Assembly: GCA_905331295.1 (NCBI GenBank)
Contig: CAJNYD010000403.1
Span: forward strand, 124,001 to 161,146
Direction: 5' to 3'
DNA length: 37,146 bases
Origin: Rotaria socialis
Taxonomy: Eukaryota
Shown: in pieces, positions 1 to 24,054 of the stretch
Numbering within the stretch: the stretch's first letter is position 1
Layout of the letters: every line of letters begins with the position of its first letter
Made by a program: the position numbers and the translations under genes
The notes under the pieces: model-generated
Told to the model about the DNA's origin: nothing
The model's input: only the letters and a program-made list of their open reading frames with translations
Database searches by the model: none

Positions 1-1749
1 TACAAATAAATAGAAAAAAAATGAATTCTCTGGTCAAATGCAATATATTTTACATACCATCTGCCATTGCAAGATTACCGGGAAATTATGAGAATGATAA
101 AACAAAAAGAGATGTAATCTGAAAAACAGAGAAATAATTAGTCTGTTTATACAATGCAAAGCAAAAACTAAAATTTATTAATGTAAACCATCGGTTAAAG
201 ATTCTGGGCATGACATAACTTGGGAACTGTATCATTCGGACGATTTGATTAGTTCTCTCCAAACTTTTCATTTTGTGCAACAGTCTGAATCATGTTTTTT
301 TTAACATAAAACATAAAATCTCAACGAAAATTTAATTAGACACACAAGGAAATTTATCTATACGTTGTCGAAAACGAATAACATTAAACTATGAATCACA
401 TCGAAATTCTTTATAGTCATCTGTTAGAGAGCTGCTACGTTCAGAAATAAATAAAAGATTTTATTCTAGAATAAAATTACAACAGAGAATAAATTCAGAG
501 TTAAACAAAGAAATAAATAGCCACCAGCGTAATACTAGCTGAACAGGACATCATTTCAGTACATCGACCGACCGACAGAGAATAGTAATTCTATTGGGTA
601 CTGTAATGAGCAATAGATATCGAAGTATTCATACAGTCAGTAAGAGTCAAGACAAATAAATTTTACAAATGTCTACTGTAGTGAAAACGCAATCCAGGTT
701 CAGCAAACAATGAAATGCATGAGTGAAGCCATTGATGGGATCCCAATAACCAATCCTATCACTCTCAATTATCCACCAATCCAGAAATAAGCACAAAGTT
801 AGCGCACTATTTTAACTAGCAACATCACAGTATTTGCAATGGAATTCAAACTACTTATTATATGCACATAATACAGGAAAAAATCTTTTCAGCATAATCG
901 GAAACAAATCCTACAATTTATATGTGACGTACCGTCTCATGTTTGCATAGATTTTGTTTTGTCTATGTCTCAGCTTAGATAAACGATAGAATACCTAACA
1001 GCTGATATATTAATTTTCGAAAACAAAACTTAGTACGCGATAGCTCTTGAAAACCTTGAGTAATTTTCCACAGATTGTGCCTGGGAGGATTTTCGCTCTT
1101 GTTCACTTCTCTAAACAAAACTGATTTTCTTTTCGTAGCATTTTTAGAAATAGGATTCTATTGTTTTTTCTTGAATTTAAGTAATCATGTACTGATAAGT
1201 TGTTTAGCTGAAATAAAAAATCAGAATACTCCAAAAAAATCTATTTTCATATTGCGTTCAGATGAATCATTTCTATTCCACAACGATCAAATAGTTCTGA
1301 TCGCGCACTTGATATTTAAAAAACAGGTCAAGTTTCTATCATATCTAGATGGCTTCTAAATAAAAACTTCTGTTACTTTCATGTAATCTATTTTTTCGAG
1401 GTTGTTTCTGGCTTTATGTTACGCCATATTTTTATGAATAAAAGAATTTTTTAATGTTACAAAAAGTATTCAACACGCCAATAGGGGCCAGTTTTAATAA
1501 CTGATCCTAATCGGTTACTGGTGTATCGTTTCAGCATCGAATTACCAGCATGAAAATAAGTAATGATAAAAAATTGGCATCATATCATATTATCAAAAAT
1601 AGTCGAAAGATGTTACAAGAACAATAGAATATGTCGAAAGAACCATCTACGCCATTTTCTCGTCGTTAAAACTTTTCTAGTTTATATCTATGGTTTCAAT
1701 CATTTTTAGAATCTGGTTTCTCGCATCATCGGTCGTTGACTATTGTTAA

Positions 1750-2300
1750 TTAGGGTGACACGTGCTTTTCTGCAGTGTACATAGCTAATACCAATATTCT
1801 TCATTTGTGTGTTCGTACAAAATATCATGATCATCTTCACAGTAACAGATATTGTGATTGCTTGAATAATTAATGGATAAGATGATTCTGGTAGTAACCT
1901 ACTAGGGTTAACACCATGACAAAGAGCAAGAATCAGAAAAGGTGTTCCTCTACACGAAAAAATGAATAGAACAATTGTCATATTAAGTAAATTTACTCTT
2001 TCGTTCAAGATTTTGCATACGAGAATTGATGATGTTTGATGTGAAAGGCATCACTCGTCGAGATAATCTAGCATGAAGAAAGATTGACCTATAAATGATG
2101 ATATCAATACTGAGTGGACACGCAAATTCACTCATTTATAATATACGTCGATCCTGTGAATGTTTGAGTTGTAAGTGTGCACAGGCGTGACTGTTCTTCG
2201 AAGATATAGCTATTATCAAATCAAAATGGCACACTCAATCATAGTATAGCAGCGAGAGAATCCAGTTCAGAAAAATCTTACGCCAGTAAACACGATACAA
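1750..2300 (-). pseudogene. Decayed rhodopsin-like GPCR fragment (ECL2 to TM7)
   Basis: Minus-strand pieces in shifting frames read YIFEEQSRLC (ECL2 Cys), F-A-C-PLSIDIIIY (TM5), HARLSRRV (ICL3), then IVLFIFSCRGTPFLILALCH (TM6) and YPLIIQAITISVTVKMIMIFCTNTQMK (TM7) in ORF 1706-2008. Frameshifts interrupt it. Boundaries are approximate and the family call rests on motif order only. Confidence 0.5.
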
Positions 2301-3895
2301 ATGGTTGGTTGATTGATTGTCCAGTCTCTTCACGAAAACCATAAAACGATGTGATGAACTTGTTGAGGAAATAACTTACAGTTGCGATAGCAGTATTACA
2401 TGTAAGAGAGTTTGTTACTGTCTGAGATCATGCCAATCATAGAAACTAAAATTGCAACAGAGAAATTCAAAACAAAGAATAACTCACTGAGCATCTCTAA
2501 AAATAGCTTCTTTTCATTCACTAGTAAAACTCTTTTAGTGAATTCTCTTTGTCTTGGAGATTTTTGAAAATTTAATTCCTCAACCATACTTTTCAAGTAT
2601 TTCTCTTTTTGACATGCGGAGAAGATAAAAATAAGCATATGATATGACAGTATTCCTTGTGATATCGGCATATTTAATTAAGCGTTTCTCATCATAAATA
2701 AGCAAAATGACAACATTTGTACATCTGAATCCATACGACTGGACAGCATTATATAAAATCATGATGAAAGCTACGCTAAACGTTTAAAAAACACACATTA
2801 AATCTCATACTTGAGACATAATACGTAAGCATCAGCCTTTAAAAATATTGCACCCTGCACTCTCCAATGATTGGAGAAGACACAACTAATATTTTAAACT
2901 ACTGGTTTTTAATAAATTAAGAATGTCTATAGCTATTTATATGACCTTTCTCTTTTTTTAGATTGTACTTTATCGACATACGTATTATTTTAGTGATGAT
3001 AATTGCGAAGAATGCTTCATTTAGGTTCTTTTATTGTACTTCACGGAACCAACTGTCTTCGAATATAAATCGAAACAAAATAACAAAGTTAATCAATGAA
3101 ATAATAATTCCATACTGAATGTTACTATACGAGTCAGTTCAACAACAACAAAAACCAAAACATGTAGCAACTTTATGCCATATTTCAAGCGTTATTTTTC
3201 GATGAAAAACTTTCCCCATTGAATGAAAACCAGAGAAGAAAGCTCAAAAACATAAGTAATGCAAATTATTTGGTACCATCATTTTTGTTAAACAATCAAC
3301 CTATACCTTCAATTACACATGAAATTTCCTTTGAAAATTATAAATATTTCATTCGGTATGGAAAAAATTTCTGAAACATGTCTACGAGCTTGATTAATTG
3401 CATGACTTTGACACGAGCAATATGTTAAAGATAACCTTGACTAATCATTGCTCGATATACAAATGTTGACTCAATCTAATGTTTCATTTATTAGGGCAAC
3501 AAAGAAAAGTAATTCAAAATATGATTTCGACCAAGGCTGCCGATGTACTTATTAAAGAGCAACGAGCTGTGAAATAGAGGATTTCAAGTTATGTGTTCTC
3601 ATTAAAATTGAGAATAATTGCATATTATGATATGTCTATCTTTCACTTTATTTTCGTCTGAATAAAAAACAAGAAACAATAAAATTTGAGATTAACTAAT
3701 CTAGTAATAAACATGTACATGGAAGAGTTAAGAGATTATCGAATGTTTAATATGGAAAAAAGATATAATAAGCAAGCAAAGAAGAAGAAAAAACAGATTT
3801 ATCCCTGCGATTCTAACTGGGGCATATCAAACACTCATTACATTTCTTTTGAAATATCTGAATAAAAAGAAAGAAAGAAAGAAAGAGAAAGATTT

Positions 3896-4526
3896 TTAGT
3901 CTTGGTCTTTTCGACCATATTTGAGAATTTTAACAAATTCTTGATAATCAAATAAACCATGTTTAATTGGTGCCTCCTTAAATAATTCATCAACTTCTTC
4001 GTCAGAATATCGGTCGCCAATGGCCATTAACAAATCTCGTAAACGCTCTTCGGAAATTTTACCAGAACCATCTTCATCCAATGACATGAACGCATTTTTA
4101 ATAACATCTTCAGGATCGGTACCCGTTAGTTTTTCGCCAAATAAAGTTAAAAACATTGTAAAATTTATATCTCCAGGTGCTTCACGAATCATTGCATCAA
4201 CTTCAGCATCCGTGACCACTTTACCTAAAAAGGAAAAATTATTTTACTCCAAATCGATTGAAGTAAATTTCTACAAACCTAATGATGCAAACATATCCTT
4301 AAGATCATCACCACTGATAAAACCATCCTAATAAATAACGAAAACAAAAGACCTTATGATATAAAAAAAAAAGATCTAAATCAATTAATTATACTCGATC
4401 ATGATCAATTATATTAAAAGCTTCTTTATATTCTTGAATTTGTGATTGATCGAACATAGCAAAAATATTTGACGTCGCACGTTGTTGACGCTTCTTTGGC
4501 GGTTTAGCTTTAGCTCTTGATGCCAT
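3896..4526 (-). CDS. Myosin regulatory light chain (EF-hand), 3 coding exons: 4526-4395, 4327-4279, 4224-3896
   Basis: Spliced product [93 protein letters not shown]...KYGRKDQD*. It has the RATSN MLCK phosphosite and an EF-hand loop, and the GT-AG introns have compatible phases. Confidence 0.95.
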
Positions 4527-4916
4527 TGGAAAATTTTTCTTTTTCAGAAAACTGTAATTCAATACACAGCAACAAAAAGAATTTAAAGAAGCAAATTTAT
4601 CTAAAAAACAAAACGTAGAATTTGATACCGGCCTAGGTAAACATTATTTCATTTGAGCCCATAGATATGCTATTTTCTTTTCATTTCTCTCTACCGATAC
4701 TTTAGTATTATTATGATTATATAGGTCATCTTCTTGATCTAACCCAACATCGATTGAAGCTTTATAGCTACTTGTATCTTACTAAATTGATTATAGAGAA
4801 AAAGATTGAACACATGACTCGTGTGTTTGTATTCCAAAAAGAGAAAGAACAAATACAGGGACAACAAAGAACTGTTGCCATCAGCGAAACAACAGGTATG
4901 TTTGCAAATGTAAGGC

Positions 4917-4941
4917 CAAGAGAGAGAGAGAGAGAGAGAGA
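4917..4941. repeat. (AG)n microsatellite
   Basis: Run of agagagag... read directly. Confidence 0.9.
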
Positions 4942-5293
4942 AATAGGAGAAAAATAGTGTAAAGAAAGAAAAAAAAAACTTTTACAGGAAAAGAAGTTAA
5001 ACAACTGCATATATTTCAGGGTCATGTTATCAAAAAGAAAAGAACAAAAAAAATCTATTACAAATTAAACTTTTAACACATGAGCCAGACAAGAAAAAAA
5101 AAGAAAATGGTATTAATGTTCTATCCTAACATGAATAGTCTATATAGAAATAGAACAAACGGGTAGGGAATTATCGTAATAGAATGATAATTAATTGTAA
5201 GTTCTATAAATTGATCTTTTTTTACACATCTGTTTTTATCCACATGGAAAAAAGATCACCGTCGGACAATTTATTCGAAAATAAAATCTTCTT

Positions 5294-10343
<5,050 letters not shown>

Positions 10344-12153
10344 GGCGATCTAGAATAAAAGTCGATTCACATAAGTATACTTTTAAGCGAAATACACAGT
10401 AGGCAACATTATTTGATCAGTAGCCCCACAGAGAGCGTGACTGAAAGGTTTTATTACAAACAGCTTCTCTTTAAGTACTGACAGCTCATACACACACACA
10501 CACGAAAATGTATTATATATTAAAGTTAACGTTTTTTTCCTTTCATCCGTGATATAATCATTGATGCATTTCATTGCTGGTTGGCTTGTTTGATTGTAGA
10601 ACGATCAATGTTTCGATCAGCTCCAATCAATACATGCAATCAATAGAAATCGTCGATATCTTTTTGTCGCATTATTGGATAGAAATTCAAAAAATATAGT
10701 CAGAAAATAATGTCTATGAAAAATAAATTCAATTCATTATAGAGGTCGCTATTCACGTCAACCTGTCTTCACGCAATATAGTTCGGCGATATGCTTGATG
10801 ACGCTCTGTCTAATATATATGTAAAATAATATTGACACAAGTCAGCGGTGAAATAATGATAAATAGTATTAAATACAGCTTATTTCTCTGTGGACTACAG
10901 GTAATATTTGATCGGTAATAATAAAAAGTAATCGTAAACGCGGTTGATTGCTCAAGATATTAATCTAATGTTTACTGTTTTTTCTTTCGGCTTAAACCTT
11001 TATTCATCGTGATCGAAAAGTTAATTTTCGCGATCGGAGCGTAAAGACCTATCGTGCAACTCAATAATAAGGCCTTTTTTCTCTTTCATTATCAATCAAC
11101 GAACAGTAATAGTCAATATTCATTGAAAATAAAACGGTGAAATATACTCTCTTGAGATATTATTTTTAAAATGGATATAGACCTGTGATATTTGCCTAGT
11201 TATAGAAACCTGTTACAAACACCTCATTTCATCGTTTCAACTTATCCTGATTAAAAAACGCATTAAACTATGTTAGAAATTTTGTAATAGAAAAAAGAAG
11301 ACAACTACATAGAATATTATTTTCAAGTATTGCGTACTATCGATTCATTTATTTTTCAGGCGAACTAATAAATCAATTTTTTCAAAATTCATTAAAGATC
11401 ATTCTAGTCTGTACTCATGTAAAAATAAATACTTGAGAAGAATATATTTCACCATTTCTTATATTATCGGTAAAAACAAAGCAGAAGTCAATCAATGCAT
11501 AACGCAAATAGTCAAGGTTATCGGCTCTACAAGCTAAATTTTGTGTTATTCTGTATTTTGATTCGGTCTTCTTCGATTTACATAGTTATAGTGTGTCACT
11601 GGGTCGCAGTATTCAAATGAAAAGAAGCATCACGATAATCGAACAATGTCTTTGACGATCTATTAACACATTTAGTGAGTAATGACTTTCCTGATCTATT
11701 GAAGCGAACACAACGGATATAATTATTTACAAGTACTAATTTATTTTGATGACATGCACGCATACTAAGTCGTTTCCAGATGAAAAATAACAAATAATAC
11801 AATAAGATGCCAGTCGTATTCGTATTTCAAAAAATTCACTAACACTTACCACTTGTATTCAATAGAAATTTACTAAAGATTATTTAATCAAGTTTCCGCA
11901 ATAGAAGAAGAGTTTCTCGTCAAAAATAGATATTAAATTAAAAAATCAGAATAAAATAAGGAAATAGTTGTCGTTTGAATCGGCCGATTTCAGATGAGAA
12001 ATCGAAGGCGGCACCATGCACACGTAGAAGAAATGAAACAACAACAGCGAGTTGTTCTTGTTGTCGGCGAATAGTAAAGAAAAGATAGAAATAAACGATC
12101 TAGCACTCAATCGTTTGTTATACAAAGGCATACACCGCAAAATCAACCAGTGA

Positions 12154-12179
12154 AAGAGAGAGAGAGAGAGAGAGAGAGA
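12154..12179. repeat. (AG)n microsatellite
   Basis: Read directly. Confidence 0.9.
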
Positions 12180-12545
12180 CAAAGACAGAAACAGAGAAAT
12201 TTCTTATGATGCTTGGTGTTTTTTCTATATCACCCAAACTCTAAGAACATCTTTGACTTGTTAGTAGCATTTTCTCTTTCCCTTTCTCTACTGTTCTATC
12301 TATAAGTATAATAATACCACAGTTTTGCGACTATCATCGAATACCTTTCTACATCTATTTTCTTTTTTGTCTATTCCTTACTCTAGACAATTTGGTCACA
12401 GACTCGGCACCTTCCTACAGTACGATATTGGCAATACGAACAACTATAGGGAAAATAGATTTACGTCAGTAGATGCCTATATAAATGCAATGATGATAAT
12501 GATATGTAGAGAAGGAAGAGAAAAACTCCTGTTGTCATGCTGTCG

Positions 12546-12554
12546 TTGCTGTCG

Positions 12555-12589
<35 letters not shown>
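12546..12589. repeat. (GTT)n microsatellite
   Basis: gttgctgtcgttgttgtt... run. It explains the poly-C, poly-N and poly-L ORFs in the track. Confidence 0.9.
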
Positions 12590-12590
<1 letters not shown>

Positions 12591-12605
12591 TCTTCAAACG
12601 ATATC

Positions 12606-15521
12606 ATGCCGAGAACAAGGTTAATTCTTTGGCGCACTCCTCCGATAATTAAAATCAGAGAAAACATGTACACGTCGTACGAATTGCGTAGGTTATTCTG
12701 TGTATGTCATCCATCAACTTGACGCTGGTTATTTTATAGATAAATACCAAAGTAGAATGGACTAACATCTATGGATCTGTGAATCGTTAATTTGCAAGAC
12801 AAGAGAATAACTATAAAGTGCATCGACTAATTGAAAAAAAATTATAAAACAGAACAAGAAAAGGAAAAAAGGAAACGACGAGTTTAGCAATATTTTATTC
12901 TTGTGATTCAGAACGTAACTATTTAACCTTGGTATTCTCCAGATACCTATTCAGTTTAACATATTAATCTCTCTCAGAAAAAGACTCATCGTAAATATTT
13001 ATACTTAGTCTATAAATATGATGAGTTCAAGGATATTTTTTATGAAGACTTTGGCACATACTGTTGACTTCATAATATGTTTATTTGGTCTCTCTCTCTC
13101 TGTTGCGTGCACTATCTTTCTCGCTCTTTTCTCTGTTTCCGACATATGTTGTTAAATATTTCTTTTTATCATATCAACATTTTTCTGTCGGTGCTAGAAT
13201 CTAGTGAGAACAATTTTCTTGTGTTCTCGCATGCACTGCCACTATAGTTTATCTTTAATACTTGCATATGCAAAGATGAATTGCTAACAGAAAATAGGAG
13301 AACATTCTCGCCGAAAAACAAAGCTAAGTGAAACGCGAAAAAGGAAACAAAAATAATAATTGTTGATATTAAAATATAATGTACAAACGTTGTTTTTCTG
13401 TTTCATTGTCTTAATCTAATACTCCTACTTTGTTAATACTGTCTATCGCTAAGTATATTTCGTGGCAGAGATAAAACAAGACGATGGGCACGCTAGAGAA
13501 AATAGCACATGAATAATGTATTTCAATGGTGTAGAGAAAATATTAAAACTTTCAGTAGAATATAGAAAGACAAATCATGATAAGAATGATTATTAATGAA
13601 GATCGTAAAATAGCAATTTACAAAGCAATATATCCATTAAACGATATTAACATAGGATGACAACAACAAGAGAACAAAGACAAAGTTACACATCTTTAAT
13701 AACATAGAAGTGGTGCTGTTCGGAAAATGTACTTGAATACTATGAAATAAGGCTCGAGTTAGGAAACATCTGACTATCTCAACATTCTAATATACGGAGG
13801 TGGCGAACGGATAACATCAACATCCGCAAGAACGTTCTGTTTTCTGCTTACGTGTCTCCTCCTCTCGTTCTCTTATTGATCATCATCATCAATCATTCAT
13901 AGATTTAACCAACAAGGAAGACGATCGATCCAATTCCATCAACACTTCCTACCGGTATCTATGCCTATTTTTTTTGTCCTGCTCTTTTGTCTATTTTCAT
14001 ATCGTTGCATCTGCTACAAGATTTACTTACATTAAAGATCGACAATGATCGTATGTCACTGATCCATCAGAAAAATATTATTTAGCATAGACAAATATAG
14101 ATGAATCAAGGAATTGTGTACTAAAGGAATGTACATGATGAAAGAAACATCTGTATAAGAGCGAATATTTTGCAAGTTACAAAAGAAATATGGAAGCTAT
14201 TATAACAATAGAAAAAAGACAAGGCCAATTAGAAACTTGTTCATTTATAGACACGAATCTATTGTTTATGTAAACAAAAAGTTAGATATTGGTTTTTATC
14301 TTAAGTAGACTGAATATGTTTAAAAATAATGAATAATATCAACAAGAAGAATTAAACGAGACGTCTACTATGTATGTGTGCAGTATAATCTATCATTAGC
14401 ATCATCGAATAGTTAGACTTATTTCGAGTCAATATAATCATATGGGAAGTTGTTATTAATATCTTCATTGACAGCAATAAATCCTAATAAAAATCAAGGA
14501 AAAAAGAAACTGCCGACAAAACCAAACTTGACGACAAGCGATTATTGGACAGAAATTATGTGCAAAAACATAATTTATATTTATGTTCTTTGTCAACTAA
14601 ATATTCAGCTTAGTAGTTTGGTTTTTCTGTTAATCTATTTTTAGCATCTACCATGGTCGGGTCGTGAAAAAACATCGATAATTAGTATTCAAATTTAGTC
14701 GACAGCAGCAAAAAGAAAATCAAAACCATTTATAAACAAAATTTGAATTATAATCCATTTTTTTTTGTTCAGACTAGTTTTATGCAGATGTTACTATTTC
14801 TATGCATGAATGCAAAATTTTTCTTGTCACATAACAATGTATTTTGATCAGTTGTTTGATTATCATATTCAAATAAATTCTATTTGACTAGACAAATATA
14901 ATAGAGAGTAAGGTTTTTTTTTCATAGACGGACTATATTAGTAGATCTCATTGGACTTGTTTATTTAGTAACTATTTATCTCATATGTGGTCTTTCATCA
15001 GATAGAGTTAGATTAATTTATTGTTAGTCCTAGTAAATGTCTTTTTTTTTATCGATTTCTAGTAAATCAATACGAAGTTAAAGAAAAATTTAGTAGCTAC
15101 TAGAGATTTTCATGAATATTAATGATGACAAGAAACAGAATTTCCGATCGCCTATAATAATACGTCGAAGAAATTTATATAAAATTCAGATTATTATAAT
15201 AGACAAAAGAAGACATCGTGTAATGGCAAGAAACAATTCAAGGATATATCAAATAATAATTTCAGCAAGTACATACAAGTGTACATAATTGAAGACGTGG
15301 TTGCATTATTGATTTTATTTTATTTTCTTGTCATCGTTGTCCTTAGTCTATGGCATTGCTCTCAGCTGAATTGTACTCAGAACATTAATAAAACTGTCAT
15401 TCAGACATCGGAAATGTCATCGACGAATGTTCATAAACAAAAAAAGCAAAGAGCTTTTTTTATATTTTGTCAATATAATGACTTTTCTCAAGTAGATTTT
15501 TTTAAAAATATTTTTCAATAA
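12606..15521 (+). CDS. Tentative 4-exon gene for a small single-pass membrane protein (12606-12691, 13903-13954, 14645-14684, 15190-15521)
   Basis: Three phase-compatible GT-AG junctions (2, 0, 1). The last exon's frame is open from 15183 to 15521 and contains the TM-like segment VVALLILFYFLVIVVLSLW. No homology recognised; the model is speculative. Confidence 0.25.
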
Positions 15522-15706
15522 ATAATTCTATGCATAGAATTTCTTCTTCGTGTATTAATACAACCAAATATAAGAAAAAAAAACGAAACCGTTTATCAGA
15601 TAAAATCTTCTATCCAGTTTACAATATAAATTTTGTCTTTTCTCAAAATTAGATAAAAAAAAGAAGGCATTTATTGAGAATCAATATCATTTTTTGGTTT
15701 TTTGTT

Positions 15707-20431
<4,725 letters not shown>

Positions 20432-22746
20432 TACTATCTAGACAAACATGACAACCATTGAGAAAAGAATTGAAAGGCACTCAAGTGATTCATGAAATTC
20501 AACAAAATAACTCAACATGCAGGCATGGAGTGCGCGTAGAAAAACGATGCATTATGTAGTTAGGCGTGTCGATCGCCTGGAATATCCGTGCGAGAATCGA
20601 TAAGAATGTTCTACACCAATCATATTCGAAATCGTGCATAAAAAGAGAAAAGCGATCTATGATTTTTGGCTCCTAATATTTTATTGTCGAAGAAAAAATT
20701 TTAATAGATGCCAATTTTGATAAACAGATAAAAAAGAACAATAGAGGGCGCTCAAGTGCAATTTCTAGATAAAGCTTATATGAGCAAACAATTATAAGAA
20801 ACTGAACGGTTTTACTTAGTCTGCGTTTGGTTCTATTTCAGTAGACTATTTTTCTCGTAGAGGAAAGTACTAATTTTTATACGCCTCACTTTAATAGATG
20901 ATTTATTCGTCAAATGTCAAAATATATATTCTTTTAATCGACAAATTACATTAGCAGAATCTAACTTTGATTCATGTTTTCGATCGTTAACTAAAAAAGA
21001 ATATTTTTTGACTAAATAATACGATTTTTATGATGCAGTACTTATACTCGATAATATGAATAGTAAGAGTGATACTTTCTTCACCTTTTTTTTATATTGA
21101 TTAGAAAATGATTACGAATATTCTCATCACGGTTTTATTCATATAATAATTACCCATTTGCCCTTCTCAAGCGTTGCGTCCAAATGCAGTAGTCTAATAC
21201 AAATAAATTGAATGCAGTGTATCAAGGGAAAATTAGTATATCAAAATACGAGAAAAAAATATATTGTGCCAATTCTAATGGATGCCAGAGAATCTAGCTC
21301 CGAATCTTGAGTGTAATAAATCAATGATCTTCTCTTCTTCTTCTTTTTCATCTATCAATATAATTCGGGATAAAGACGTTTCCGTCGTTGATCTCTACTA
21401 TTTTTGCAAGATAAATTAATATCCGATCTGAATTAGAATTAACTTGGGAATCATACTACCACAATTGATTTCGATCATGAAAGAGAAAAAAAATATATAC
21501 TTGTGAAAATGATGGCAACGTTTTTTGAACTACGAACTCGTCAATAAAACAGTTGCCTTATCTTATGAGGGTGCAAGTTAAACTAAATACAAGAGACATT
21601 GTTTCGAATAAACAATCATATATATATATATATGTATATGATTTGGCACGATGGCCAGATCGAAATATAATCTGAGGTAGACTCAATGTTTCAAATAACT
21701 TTTTGACTTTCGCTGAATGATTATGTGATTTACAAGGATTCATACATTTCGATTACACACGTGCATATGTCTTCTACGTCGATTAAAGATTACCTTTAAA
21801 TATCAATTTTGATGATGTCATTCAAATAGTCAATGGTTGAAAACAAATTCCATAATCGATCTTATCGATTTTATAACTTTGATATTGTGCAAACATTGAA
21901 GGCTCGATAGCAAGAGTCAATATGCAAAAGGCATAGAAAGCATTCGTTCGCAAGTTTTGGTGCATTCTTAAAGTAATGAAATAAAAATGATTGTAAAATT
22001 TCTTCGCCATTCGTATTCAAAAAAAAGTACTTATTCTCTCTCGGCTTCATTGAATTCATCAGAGGTCGCTAAGTCATGGCATCAATAGTCTTACTAGCCT
22101 CCTATAGCCAATCAGAAAAGGAAAGAACACTATAAACAATAGGAAAAGTCTACGATGGCAGATAGTTATTTTTTTTTTGAGACAAAAATCCTCTTGCAGA
22201 CATGATATTTGACCTTGAACGTTTTTTCTTCTGACATCATAAACTTATATAACCTTGAATATTCCCTACATTCGTTCTTATTTTTATTTTTATTTTTATT
22301 TTCATTTTTCCTTATTGATCATTGAAATATAGATACGAATAAGAATGTGTAAAACTTTTCTTTCTTTTTTTATTCCTCGACGCCGGAGCTTTTTTTCTTT
22401 CCAAAGAGAATAACAACCAACCGATAGAATCAATGCCCTTTCTAATGAAAGAAAAACAGTTTTTTCATAGTGCAGCTTTACGTGTAAGAAGAGAAACAAA
22501 TCATTTCTTTCGGTTTTTTTTGCATGATAAACTGTATGCAGTCGATCGTAATGCACCAAGATAAAATACCTTTCTTTTTCTTTTTTTTCTAATTCAGCAT
22601 GCGTAGAATTACTTTTTTTTTTATTATCGTGAATAGTTGTTTGAGGCAAAAAAAGAAACAAGAAATCAGATCACCATCGGAGAAACAAGTTGTTTTTTTC
22701 TTCTTCTAGATAAGTATTATACACTACTCACAGTAAGGATATCAAC

Positions 22747-24054
22747 ATGCCTGGACGATTTTCTGGTCTTATGAATGCTTTATACGATCCAAAAAAAAGA
22801 CAATTCCTTGGTCGAGACGGAGCTGGATGGAGTAAATTTTAAACGAAAAATTAATTCAACGATATGTTTATTGTGTGTTGTTCTTTTTTTTAATAGCCAA
22901 ATTAGGTGTTTTTTACTTCTTCTTTTATCTTGGATTGGCCGGTTTTTTTTGTGCAATGTTAGCTGTTTTTATGGCATTATCGCCCCGGGATCGTCCAAGA
23001 TATTATGACGAATCATCACGTATGGCTACTCGATCAAATCCATTAACACCCGGTATAAATATTTGCTTTGAAAAAAAAATATACTTTTTTTTTCTAATTA
23101 CTTTGTTTAGGTCTTGGCTTTCGACCACAACCAGATCCAGATAAGAATTTAATTTTCATTGATAAGACTGCTCCTAAAGATGAGCCAAATCCAAATGCTA
23201 AAAGTCTTGATCAATATCTTCAAATTTGTAAGTTCAATCAGTAATTATGGTTCTATTGTGTTTCTTCTAAAAACCAAAATTTTAATTAGTTTATTGGAAA
23301 CAAAATACAGCTGAAGAAAAAGAATACTACAATGAACGTAAACCAGCTAGTAAAAAATCCGGAAAATTCGATATCAGTCAAAATCGATGCCAAAATAATA
23401 CTCAATATGGCTATGCAGCTGGACAACCATGTGTACTTGTTAAAATGAATAAAGTAAAACTAATTAAAAAAACAAAAATATTGAGCACATTAATCTTTCT
23501 TTTTTTTGTATTAGATCGTCGGCTTTCAGCCAATTCCAGGTGCAACACTAGAAGATGAAGAAACTCACAAACCGCCATGTAATAAAAAAGCCAATGCTGT
23601 TAGCATCCATTGTCAGGGAGAGGTCATTATTTTATTTCGTAACTTAGAAAACAAAAAACGTAAAATAATTCTTTTTTTCTTGTAGTATCCTGCTGATGAG
23701 GACAATATTGGAGACATTACATATTACTCGGAAGATGGCGAAGATAGACAATGTGGTTCATTGTCCACTGACTGGTTTCCTTACGAGTATGATAGAAGAT
23801 TTGTCTCTTATCAATAGATTGATATGTTGGAATGTTTTTGTAGAGGTAAAGTCAATCGTCAAGATGTTTATCAAGCACCATATATTTGGGTTCAATTCCT
23901 GAAACCAAAACCAAACGTTTTAATCAATGTTATGTGTCGTGTATACGGTCGAAATATTCATTTTGATAAGAAAAGTGGTCGTGCTCTAACACGTTTTCAA
24001 ATCTATGTTAAAGATCCACCAAAAACCACATCACGACAAGCTGGAGATATATAA
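22747..24054 (+). CDS. Na+/K+-ATPase beta-subunit-like protein, 7 coding exons
   Basis: MPGRFSGLMNALYDPKKRQFLGRDGAGW|TKLGVFYFFFYLGLAGFFCAMLAVF (FLGR..W plus TM), PG|LGFRP, YGYAAGQPCVLVKMNK|IVGFQP, CQGE|YPADEDNIG, WFPYE|GK..YQAPYIWVQF..VMCRVYGRNI. Exons approximately 22747-22831, 22897-23052, 23111-23227, 23290-23453, 23515-23622, 23687-23786, 23844-24054. Confidence 0.92.

Noticed and set aside
500..800. Hydrophobic minus-strand fragments resembling another GPCR remnant (VIGIPSMASLMHFIV)
   Set aside because: Too short and stop-ridden to support a call.
12325..12722. Poly-Cys, poly-Asn and poly-Leu (signal-peptide-like) ORFs
   Set aside because: All are translations of the (GTT)n microsatellite at 12546-12589.
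13845..13900. Minus-strand mini-exon MMMINKRTRGGD with a GTAAG donor as a coding first exon of SERCA-A
   Set aside because: Out of frame with the acceptor 6 nt upstream of the ATG at 10343; it could only be untranslated and has no support.
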